64,000 bases of DNA, taken from the human T2T-CHM13v2.0 reference genome, Homo sapiens. The stretch lies in NCBI RefSeq assembly GCF_009914755.1, contig NC_060926.1, one strand, 5' to 3'. Positions 1 to 11,140 of the stretch are shown piece by piece (position 1 is the first letter of the stretch; each line of letters starts with the position of its first letter). The translations under genes and the position numbers were made by a program. A model generated the notes under the pieces. The model made no database searches and had not been told where the DNA came from. It saw only the letters and a list, made by a program, of their open reading frames with translations.

Positions 1-523
1 GTTGGCCTGCCTGGAGGAGGGGGATGCCAGAGATAGCTTCTTGAGGTTGCTTCCAGCATTGCATTCTAGGAAATAGACAATTATGAACAACATGGATTTT
101 ATTATCGTGACATCTCTAAGGTCTCTGCATAAAGCCTAGATTTAAAAATATAAACATGTAAGTGAAAAAATGTCAGGGGAATAAATATTTGTCTTAAAAG
201 AGACCATCTGTTTCAAATTTTTATTTAAAAAAAAAAAACCCAACATGTGTTTTATTTTAAACTTGTATGTGTGTTGTTATCCTTGGGTTAAGTATTAGGT
301 AAATAGACAGAAGCATTGAGAATCCATTTTCCAGCAAATTTTGGTTAGAAATCCTCACACACGTGACTCAGGAGATAATTTGGGGGCTAATTGGAGCTTT
401 GTGGGCAGCCAACTCCTTGCAGACCTCTCCCCCATGCAGTCCCTGTTTGATACGGATGAGGATTTCCCTGGCACTAGTGTTTGTTTTGGACAAGACGGTA
501 TGTTACACCTCCGGGGACTCAGT

Positions 524-546
524 CAACACAACACAACACAACACAC
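524..546. repeat. (CAACA)n short tandem repeat
   Basis: caacacaacacaacacaacacac. Confidence 0.8.
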
Positions 547-1469
547 TGCAGGCTGCTCCAAGGCCAGCCCAGTTGCACACCCAGATGTAGGTGCAGCCAG
601 TGGGGCAGAACCACAGAGCCCACTTCTGTTTGGGCCTCAGTTGTGGCCTCAAAGTTCAGTCCCTTTGGGTAAAAATCCTGTTTGATGGTGATAGCTAGGC
701 TGGCAGGGGTGGGGTGTCAAGAAAATCTTCCTAAGGAAATGACTGAGAGCTGGTCCTGGTGGGTGAACAGGGGAGACGCATGGAGGAGGCCGGTCCTGAA
801 AGAGGGTGCAGCTTGGAATAATGATGGGGTCTGGGGTATTTGGGGAAAGGCATCAAGCTCAGTGACTGTGGAGCAGGACATGAGATGGAGAATGGCGGCA
901 GATGAAGCTGAGTGGTGGCTGGGAACAGGGAACGGCTCTCACTTTTTTTGACTGTTCTTCATCGCTTCCCCATTGCTTCCAGGCAATTCTGGTGGTGCCG
1001 TCAAGCTCTCCATTCAGAGCACCATCCTACCCCACCCCTGACACAGCCTTCGGCCCAAGAGTGCTCATGACCTGGTTAGGGCCACAAGGAGCCCTTTTCA
1101 GGGAGATTAATGGATCTGCAAGAAACTGCTTTCCCTTTCCTTCTGTGGTCATGGGCTGAAAGCATCCAGTAAGGCATCTTTCTCTTTCCCACCTTGTGGA
1201 GCGTTCCTGTTCGTGGATTAAAACTAGCATAGTAAAAACAAAGGGGAGGGAAAGGGGGAGGGAGAAAAGGAGCGGAAGTGGGGGAGGGATTAATTATATT
1301 CTTTGAGGTCCTAGGTCCAGCTTCACCTAACCAGGATGTTTCTGGTTTTACTAAAGCTGGTCAGGGTTGGTTTTCCAAGAAATGATTGACTAACACAGTT
1401 GGAGTCAAAGTTAAACTTGCAATAAAAGGCAGACAACTTTACCTGCAGGCAACAGTCCAGGGGTTCCCT

Positions 1470-1855
1470 GCAGTTGAAAGAGATAACTGCTCACCAAAAT
1501 ATATGCTCCCACCTCCTAACTAGGAAAGAGAAGCCCAGCTAAGAATTACATTACCAGCCCCCGACGCTCCCTTGCAACTATATGTGGCCTGTGACTGTCG
1601 CTCACCAGTGGAATGTGAGCAGAAGTTCTATGAGTCATTTCCAGACCAAGACTTTAAAAGTGGCCCTGCCTTCTCCATACTCTCTTTACCCTTCTGCCTG
1701 CATGGGGAGGATGATGAGAGGTCCTGCAGGATAAGGACACGACAGCAAAATTTCCATCAAATTTCCATCGAAAAGGAAATAAACTTCTTTTGCATTTGAG
1801 CCACTAATGCAGTATTGGATCTAGTCATTACAGCAGCCAGGTTTAGCCTAAGTGG
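1470..1855 (+). mobile_element. old MaLR LTR (MLT1I/J-like)
   Basis: MLT1 motifs ttgcaactatatgtggcctgtgact, gaatgtgagcagaagt, aaataaacttct...gagccact, ttacagcagcc. Confidence 0.65.
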
Positions 1856-2067
1856 TACATCCCCTTCAACATTCTGGAAGTTGCTTGCAGTTCCAGAAGT
1901 CCACTGCCTACCATATTGCTCTCCATTGCCAGTTATCCAGATCAGTGACCCCTACTGCTGAAATCCACCACCACAAAATCTGTTAGTTTCATGTATTTAT
2001 TGGGCACCTACTACATTCTAGGTTAGGTAGTAGTGTTTGTGGTTATGATGATGAATTAGATAAGCCA

Positions 2068-2261
2068 CATTTCTTTGACTTTAAGTCACCATCAATTGTG
2101 AGACATATCATTATTTTATGTACCACTAAAACAAAAATTATGGAACCCTGAGAAATATATTGCCAATTGAACTATGATGACAGGCCATCAAAAGCTATAG
2201 TAATTTCAGAAATGTAAACATGTGGAGGGAAAATAAGTATCTTAAAACTGATAAAATACAG
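2068..2261 (-). mobile_element. MER104-like TcMar-Tc2 non-autonomous DNA transposon
   Basis: attattttatgtaccactaa...tgccaattgaactatga...aatttcagaaatgtaaa...cttaaaactgataaaatac resembles the reverse complement of the MER104 consensus as recalled. Confidence 0.6.
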
Positions 2262-3011
2262 GATTTCTTACCTTCAGGTAGCTGAAGGTCTTGTGGAATA
2301 GGCAGATAGGCAAATAAATACAAAGCACACAATACAAATACTTTAGCAAGTATATAGATGGTTCATCTAGAAAGAAGTAATCAACTTGGCTTTAGAAATG
2401 GAGACAGCTTCACAAGGTGATGTTTGCACTGAATTTTGAAAGAGGAAGAGGGAAGGCAATTGCCAGGAGACGTTTTCCCCTTTGCAAGCAGGTCTTCTAT
2501 GTTCCCTCTCCACACCTTCAGAGAGGCATACGTGCATCCCCAGGAACTACGATGTTTTAGCAGAAACTCAAAACACTATAGCAATAAATGCCAACCAGAC
2601 GGCTTCATTTTCTGGATAAATGGAAGCTAATCCTTTAGGTGCCAAGACATCATTTTAATGGGATATATTTTAATGGAAAACCTTCCAAAGTGTACCATAG
2701 TAAACCTTTGGCATCTGCAAGGAGTACATCAGGGGGTCTTGGTGAACCTCCAAATTCACGAATACAGCTAAACCTGGACAGACTCCTGGCTTGCTCAAGG
2801 ATCACATTTACAGGAAAAGCCACAGGTGTCCACTGTGTAGCCTGGCACCACACACCATCCCCCTTTTCCCCTGACTCTACACTTTTGCCTCTTCCTTGAT
2901 GAGCAATTATATGTAACCGATATATTGACCACGCATGACTTATGATGTAATCAAAGCACAATTTTATTTTCATCTTCCATTATCCCTTTAAACCTGATTC
3001 CACATGGGTAG

Positions 3012-3089
3012 TCTTTCTCTACTGCTGAATAAAACCTCCTGCAGGTCCAGAAGATCCTGCAGGGGGTTTTATTCAGCAGTAGAGAAAGA
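3012..3089. repeat. inverted repeat/hairpin, 34-bp arms, 10-nt loop
   Basis: 3012-3045 is the reverse complement of 3056-3089 except T3037/G3064. Confidence 0.97.
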
Positions 3090-3561
3090 TGGAACTTTTT
3101 GGTTCAGTCTTGTGTGGTTGACACGCTAAGTCACTTGAAGTGAAAAACAACAGTCCCAATGTGGTGACCTGAATGGCCATTCTGTGCAATAATTAAACTT
3201 TCCTACTTGATTGAACAACATGCCCTTCTCCCTACCCACAGCTGCACTTTGCTTTAGGCTGGAAGCCTGTGGTGAGAAGGGAGGAGGGAGTTGACCCGTC
3301 TGCCTCGTGTCTTTTACCACACACAGACCCTGTGGGGAAGGAGTCACAGCTCTGTAACAGCTCTCAGCAGAGAAATCTCATTTCTAATCCATTCTCCCTT
3401 TTCAGTGCCTCAAACATTTTATTTTCTCAAGGTGGATACAGCAGTGTTGAGTTCACTTTCCTTTGTACATTCTGCAAGGGGTGATCTAACTTTGTAATTT
3501 CACATCTATTGTACCTTGGTGTCTCTGTCCACTATCTTTTTTAACATCCCATGAAATATAT

Positions 3562-3906
3562 TATGATGGACTGAATGTTTGTGTTCCCTCAAAATTTATA
3601 TGTTGAACCCCAATGAGATGGTATTTGGAGATGGGGCCTTTGGGAGGTAATTAGGGTTAAACGGGGGTGGGGCTTTTGTGATGGGATTAGTACCCTTATA
3701 AGGGATCCCTCCCTCCCTCCCTCCCATGTGAGCACACAGTGAGAATGTGGTCACCTGCAGTACAGGAGAGGACTCTCACCAGAACCAGACCAGGCCAGCA
3801 CCCTGACCTCAGTCTTCCAGCCTCCTACACAGTGAGAACATAGATTTCTGTTGTTAGCCATCCAGTCTATCATAGTTTATTATGGCAACCACAGGTGACT
3901 AATACA
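3562..3906 (+). mobile_element. MaLR LTR (MLT1A-like)
   Basis: atggactgaatgtttgtgttccctcaaaatttatatgttgaa...ggggcctttgggaggtaattaggg...gactaataca. Confidence 0.85.
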
Positions 3907-4145
3907 ATTACTAAGCAGAGCCTGCAGTGAAATAATTTTACAGATCTTTCTCTCTATTCTTTCTCTAGTTTTTGTGCTGGGCACATAGTAGGCATTCAAA
4001 AATATTTATTAAATGAATGAATAAGTGAATATATGGCACAATGACAGAATCACTCACTTCTAAAGTCCAAGCCACTGCAAAATGCCACATTCCATTTTCT
4101 GCATGTGTGTGTGATTTTGTTTTTTAAATATGTAAGTAATACATA

Positions 4146-4437
4146 GGCCGGACACAGTGGCTCACACTTGTAATCCCAGCACTTTGGGAGGCCAAGGCGG
4201 GAGGATTGCTCAAGCTCAGGAGTTGAAGACCAGCCTCGGCAGCATGGCAAAACCCCACATCTACAAAAAATACCAAAAAATTAGCCAGGTGTGGTGGTGT
4301 GCGCCTATAGTTCCAGCTACTCAGGAGGCTGAGGTGGGAGGATCACTTGAGCCCAGGAGGCTAAGGGAGCAGTAAACTGTAATCACATCACCGCACTGCA
4401 GCCTGGGCAATAGAGCCAGACCCCATCTCAAAAAAAA
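4146..4437 (+). mobile_element. Alu (AluJ-type), full length
   Basis: ggccggacacagtggctc start, J-type ggaggattgct and ggatcacttgagcccagg, A tail, TSD aagtaatacat. Confidence 0.95.
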
Positions 4438-4549
4438 GTAATACATGAACACATTCTTGTGTGTTTTAAGTTAAACAACATACAAGCAATACACGAATCC
4501 ATTCTTGTATATGTGTGCGTGTGTGTTAAGTTAAACAACATAGAAAGTT

Positions 4550-5640
4550 CCCATTGACCATTATCTTCCCCAGACCACCATACTTCCCTACCAAGAAAGG
4601 ACACACATACAGTTAATGTGACCTGTTTCTTACAGACCTTTGTCTTTGCAGTTCTGTGCCTGTAGACCTGTATTACATGGTGTCATGCCAGGCGTATGCT
4701 ACTGCAACTTGCACTTTGCACTTCCTCTTATATCTCACAGATATCTCTATGCCAGGGTATCCCCCATTCTTTCAAGTGCAGAGAGACAAACCATGCCTAT
4801 TTAAATCTATCCCCATGGATGAGTATTTCAGGTGTTTCTGCATTTCCTCTCATATAACATTGCAAAATATATCCTTCCCCATGCCTCCTGGGCACCTGTA
4901 CGAGTGCTTCACTAAAACCAACATTTCTAAGTTAATACCTAGCTTTAGATGATTTGCACATTGACATTTTTTATAGCTTCTGCCGCGTGGCCATCCTGGA
5001 GGCAGGGTCAGTTTACTCTTTACCAAGAATTGTCCCCAACTCATGGGATATTTTAAACCTTCCTAAATTCTTACCAATATGTTATTAGGAAAACATCTCA
5101 TTGTTAACTTTCAGTTCACCAATCACTAGTTATCTATTTCTACTATGACTTGCCCATTGCTATTCTGTGTCTGCTGTTTTAATCTGGTTGGTTGTCTTAA
5201 CTGTCCATTTCTAGAAACTCATTTTGTAGTTATTATTCCTTTGTCTGTTATATATGTTACAAATGCTCTCTTCCAGATACTCATTTGCCTTGTAATTTTG
5301 TTTGTGGTATTTTTCTTTTTGTAAAGAAGTTTTTATTTTTCTGTAGTCAAAAATAACAAATATTTCTTTTGTGGTTTCCTTTGCTACTTCCAAGATTAAT
5401 GCAATATTCATCTATATTTTCTTTAGATCTTTTGAAATTGTTTTTTAAATTTAGCACTTTATTCCATCTGGAATGCATTTTTATATATGGGAAAATAGGA
5501 AGCCAACCATTTTTTCTAAATTTCCAGTAGTCCCAATCTCATTTATGGAATAACCTATTCTTTCCTCCACTTATTGGCAATGCCACATTTATCATATACT
5601 AAATTGCTATATGTACATACATGTGAGTAATATTTCACTC
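4550..5640 (-). mobile_element. degraded L1M (ORF2 end/3' region)
   Basis: T-rich antisense L1 motifs such as tttgtctgttatatatgttacaaat and gaagtttttatttttctgtagtcaaa. Confidence 0.65.
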
Positions 5641-7929
5641 TAATTTATCCAAAATATCTCTTCTTTAATTCTTTCACTAGCACCAGGAATTGGCTTTTAG
5701 GGAGGATCTATTTCTCACATACACACACACATAGAAAATTGTTTTTACTTCCATGATGAAAGACAGAACGCAAGTGCTGGAGGCCATTAATAAAGGGTTC
5801 TTTCCCCACCCTGGGTTTGCACTGTTACCAAATCAAATCCATTTTGCAGCAGAGTGTCAAATTCTTACCCGTCAAGGAGCATGCAAGCTTCAGATGCAGC
5901 TATCCCACCTCAGACTACTATTACACTCAACTCTAAGAGCATATTGGATGATGTGCAACAGTTGTTGACCTGAAGTGAACCCTGACTCAGGCCGCTACTT
6001 AGAACTTGGACCATTAATGTCTGGCCAGAACCAGTTCTGAAAAATAGCAATGATCATTCATGTCAGTAGCATTTGGCTTCTAACTATAAAATATGTCCAG
6101 ACACATATTACAGGGATGTGTTCTGGAATCATTTCTTTCTAGGTTGTCTCCTAATGATGTTTTGGACATCCTGGATGCCAATCCCGACCTCCCCTGCAAA
6201 GCAAAAAGACAGACATTCTTGTATAGAGAGATGACGTCTTATTATCTTAAATTAGAACTGATCTGAAAATAAATTTGCCATGTTAGCCAATTATTTTCAG
6301 AAGGAAAGCCCATAGATCTGTCCTAAAACTAAATATGTTCTCTCTGATAGGCTCCACATTTTAACTGATTTATAAATAATGACCCAATACAAGTTACTTC
6401 ATTCAGTTACTTGGCGCTAACATGGAGTTTGTCTTGGACGGGGTCCTGACAGTAGCACTGCCCAAAGCCAGGCCTTCTTGGGTGCTTTGCCAAGAATGTA
6501 TTTGGCTGTGGCAAGGGTCTAATTATGCCAATCTTAAATATTCTGAGGCATGGGCACTACTTCAGCCATGTTAAATGAGGTAGACTTTGGGGGCCTGATT
6601 TGCTCATTCATTTACACACTGGAGTGGACCAAAGCAACTTCAGAAGAGAATCCTTGTCTTGCTGGTGGACAGTGATGGAGGGCTCAGCTCCAAAAGGCAT
6701 ATCAACCTCACCCCAGCTTGATTGTCATAGGCACAACTGATTGATGTGGTATTCAAATGGCAACAAAGAACACCATCCTTCGAGTTCATCTAGAGAGTAC
6801 AGTTGTATGCCCCACTACTAAATATTTACGTAAAAACCCTGCTTAAAAATAACACTATTTCAGAGAAGACCACTTGAAGGACAAGCAGTTCATCTGTTCT
6901 TCCAGATTTTCTAACACCGTCCAAGGATCCCACCAGAGCAAGGGAAACACGGATATCTGGAGTACATCATATCGGCCCCAGAAGAATTACTGTTGCTGAA
7001 CTGTTTTTGGTGTGACGCAATCAGCATTTTTTAAAATGTCATTACAAGAAACAGTCCCACGAAAAGCATCGTTATATGTGGGGCCACATCACAGTGCTAT
7101 CACAGTGTTTTCAGTACCCTCAGGGGTAATTCCATCTGAATTTAGTACTAAAAATAGTAGCGTTTATTCTGGGCAACTGGCTTACCTGTCTGTGGCATGG
7201 TTTTCTAGAGGGTGCTCTGAGGAACACTGGGATAAAAGGTAGTTAATTGGTGTCCCATGAAAGGGGCATTCCATAATCAAAAATAATTTTAAATCTCTAG
7301 GGAAAAACCAGTCATTGTTTGGTTATTTACTATAGGACTTCTCTGAGTTGCTAATATGCATTATGTAATATTACTAAGTGTAACGTTTACTTGGGGACTA
7401 GGGATATTCACAACAAACCACTATCTTTGTGTTGGGCCCTAACCATTGAAGCTGATGTAAGTATCTCTATGCCAAAATTGGCCTTCTCTCCCCAACCCTG
7501 AGACCCCTGACTTGTCCTGGCCAGTTCCCCTTCAGCCTGGTACTGAGGTCTTAGAGGTCCTGAAAGGTGACACTGTGACTGGTGGGTCTACTCTCTTGCT
7601 CCCACCCCCATCCTCCTCCACTCACCTCTACCCTGTCCTGGGCACATACCCCAGGAGAAATATCCGGGTCTTCGGCAGCTTTGCTACTCACCCAAACTGC
7701 TTTTGCTCTCATCTCACAGAACGTCTGCTGCCAGCCCTCTTTCCACCGCTCTCACTCTTTGGGGCTCTCCAATTCTCTTTTCTCTTTTGTTGCCTGCTCT
7801 TGAGAAATTTGCCTGTTTATTTCTGGAAAATTTCTCAAGACCTTGAAGAAAAACACTAGGGTTTTGTAGTTATCACTATATAGTCACGATTCTGCTTTCC
7901 TTCTGTTCAAGGAATAAACTACTCAGAGG

Positions 7930-8277
7930 TGACATGGTTTGGCCCTGTGTCCTCACCCAAATCTCACCTCGAATTGTAATTCCCACATGTCAAGGGAGGG
8001 ACCTGGTGGGAGGTGACTGGATCATGGGGGCAGTTTTCTCCATGCTGTTCTTGTGAGTTCTCACGAGATCTGATGGTTTTATAAGTGGCAGTTTCCCCTG
8101 CTCTTCTCTCTCCTGCCACCTTGTGAAGAAATTGTCTGCTTCCCCTTCTGCCATGATTGTAAGATTCCTGAGGCCTCCCAAGCCATGTGGAACTATGAGT
8201 CAATTAAACCTCTTTCCTTTATAAATTACCCAGTCTCAGGAAAGTTCTTTACAGCAGTGTGAAAACGGACTAATACA
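7930..8277 (+). mobile_element. THE1/MST-type MaLR solo LTR
   Basis: tgacatggtttggccctgtgtcc...gagatctgatggttttataag...gtcaattaaacctctttcctttataaattacccagtctc...gactaataca. Confidence 0.92.
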
Positions 8278-8477
8278 GAGGGCATACTGTCCTCTCTGAG
8301 TATTTATCTTTTTTGTGTGTGTGGGCCTCTGTGTCTCTTGGTTGCTGGTTGCTAGAGCTCCATGGCTGCCACTTTGCAGATGAAGAGGCTATCTGTTCCT
8401 GCTCCCACCAACCCATCCTCTTCTGGATCCATGGCTAAGGCAGATGCCTTAAGTTTCTAGAAAACTGCATTCTGGTT

Positions 8478-8930
8478 ATGGCAGAGACTATTGCTTACCA
8501 ATTCCCCTCTTTCTTAGCAAAAGCAGCCCTAGTTTTCAGCATCTGATTACCCAGAATAAATATTGCATTTCCCAGACTCTTTTGCAATCAGGAGTGAACA
8601 TGTGACTAAGTTTTAGCAATGAAATGAAGTGGGGCTGGTATTTGTAACTTCCAGCAAGTGTCCTCTAAGATTTGCCTTTCTTAATCTGTCCTTTCTGCTG
8701 GTTGGAAGGTGAATATGATGGCTGGAGCTCTTGTAGTCACATTAAACCATGAGGTAGCTCACCATGGATGACAGAGCAGCAAAATGCAAGAAGCCTAGGT
8801 CCTTGGCAATTGTGGACAAACCACACAGCCCTAGAGTTCCTAACTATGAATACTTTTATGTGACACCTTGTTTAAGCCTCTGTTATTTGGGGCTTTTCTC
8901 TATCTCACACAGCCATACTTCATCCTAAAA
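8478..8930 (+). mobile_element. old MaLR LTR (MLT1J-like)
   Basis: catttcccagactcttttgca, catgtgactaag, atgatggctggagctc, ttgtttaagcctctgttatttgggg. Confidence 0.7.
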
Positions 8931-9109
8931 TACCAGGTAACTGGGGTTTTACTAGAACTGGAAAGAATCTAGGATTCAGAGTCTCAGGTTGAAGGGACCC
9001 TCAAGAGAGGAAACCTTTCAGTTGTCAAAAACAAAGGTAACATGTAGAACAGAGTGGAAGGTAGAGCCAATGGAAGCCCAGGAGTACCTGGCCAGAGATA
9101 TGCTTGAGG

Positions 9110-9277
9110 ACTCTGCTACTCCAAGCACAGTCCCTGCATCGGCAGTATTGGGATCTCCTGGGAGTTTGTTAAAAAGGCAGAATCTCAGGCCCCACCCCAG
9201 ACTTAATGAATCAGAACCTTCATTTTAACAAGTTCCCCAGGTGATTCATATGCACATTGAAGTGTAAGAAGCACTGC
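9110..9277 (+). mobile_element. MER5 hAT-Charlie MITE
   Basis: gcagaatctcaggccccaccccagactt...tttaacaagttccccaggtgattc...gaagcactg. Confidence 0.85.
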
Positions 9278-9579
9278 TTTAGAGGGGCTTTAATATCATA
9301 TAGAAACACAAGTCAAAGCCACAGTTCCTATTCATCACAGAGAACTGGATCTACGCAGAAATTTTGGAAAGAATGATGCCATTAGAAAAACTCTTTCCAT
9401 ACTCAAAGTTATAGCAGAGAAGCTGGCTGACCACCCCAAGGTGTGGGTAGGGGGAAAAAAAAGAGAGTTAATGAAATAAATTAGAGGACCTAGTTTGCAT
9501 ATGCTAGTATAAAACCCAAATTCTCATGCTTTTTACCAGGAATAGAAGCCCACAGCCTAAATCTAAAGAAAAATTGGTC

Positions 9580-9695
9580 TACGGTACAGTAATATGCACC
9601 TGTAGTCCCAGCTACTTGGGAGACTGAGACAGGAGGATCACTTAAGCCCAGGAGTTTGAGGCTAGCCTGGGCATCATAATGAGATCCCATCTCTT
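9580..9695 (+). mobile_element. FLAM/Alu monomer
   Basis: cacctgtagtcccagctacttgggagactgagacaggaggatcacttaagcccaggagttt. Confidence 0.85.
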
Positions 9696-10215
9696 TTTTA
9701 AGATGGTCTAGAAAAGAGACTTTTATAATGCAGAATCTACAGCAGAGGGAGGCCTCATGTCCTGGAGAATATACAGGACTCCACATAAGATAATTCCCAC
9801 TGAGGATGAGACAGAAGTTACAAAGCACATAAGGACATGATACTGCTAATGTCAGCAAATGTTACAAATGGGAGAATTCATTCCTAAGGAATCGCCAATA
9901 ATTGAGAATTCTGAAAAGGAACTTAAAATCAGTATGTCTAAAATGTTCTAAAATTAGAAGACCATAATCTATATTGCAAGCACGGAACATTATAAGAAAA
10001 GCTGGTTTGCAAAAGAACTAAAATCAAGTTGTAAAAATAAAAAACATGATTATCCAATTTTTTTTAAATCCTCAACAGGCTGTTTAAATAGCCTAATGAT
10101 ACAGAAGTGGAGAAAAATGGTGACTTGAAAAACAGATCTGAGAAAATCATCTAGAACACAGCAAAAAGATAGTAAAGACTTTTTTAATGAGAAAGAAATT
10201 GAAAAACATGAACTA

Positions 10216-10504
10216 TTTTTTTTGAGATGAAGTCTCACTCTTGTCCCCCAGGCTAGAGGGCAGTGGCACGATCTCAGCTCACTACAACCTCCACCTCCCG
10301 GGTTCAAGCGATTCTCCGGCCACAGCCTCTAGTAGCTGGGATTACAGGTGCCTGCCACCACGCCCAGTTAATTTTTGTATTATTAGTAGAGACGGGGGTT
10401 TCACCATGTTGGCCAGGCTGGTCTCGAACTCCTGACCTCAGGCTATCCACCCGCCTCGGCTTCCCAAAGTGCTGGGATTACAGGCGTGAGCCACCGCTTC
10501 TGGC
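10216..10504 (-). mobile_element. Alu (AluS-type)
   Basis: T tract then gagatgaagtctcactc...ctcctgacctcagg...gagccaccgc. Confidence 0.95.
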
Positions 10505-10734
10505 AAAGAACATGTTTTAATAGCCCTGTATCTGTCAATAAGTGCTACAGAGAGACAAAGGAGAATAAGGGTGAGAGGAAATATTTGAAGAGAAGATGGC
10601 TAAGAATTTTCCAGATTTGAGAAAAGCTGATGGGCCTTGAGTTGAAAAAGCATATGGAATAAGTAAAAACAAACACACATTTAGACACATGAATGTGAAA
10701 CCACAAAACATCAAGGAAAAAGATAATAGTTTTA

Positions 10735-11140
10735 GGCTAGGCATGGTGGCTCACACCTGTAATCTTTGCACTTTGGGAGGCCAAGGCAGGTGGATCACCT
10801 GAGGTCAGGAGGAGTTCGAGACCAGCCTAGCCAACATGATGAAACCCAATCACTACTAAAAAATACAAAAAATTAGCCAGGCGTAGTGGCGGATGCCTGT
10901 AATCCCAGCTACTCCAGAGGCTGAGGCAGGAGAATCACTTTAACCCAGGAGACAGAGGCAGGAGAATCACTTTAACCCGGGAGGCTGAGGCAGGAGAATT
11001 GCTTTAACCCAGGAGGCGGAGGTTGCAGTGAGTCGAGATCGTGTTACCGCACTCCAGCCTGGGCAACAAGTGCAAAACTCTATCTCAAAAAAATAAATAA
11101 ATAAAACAAAAGACAAAACAAAATAAATAAAAAATAATAA
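10735..11140 (+). mobile_element. Alu (AluS-type) with internal 32-bp triplication
   Basis: full Alu, three copies of gaggcaggagaatcactttaaccc, TSD ataatagtttta. Confidence 0.95.
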
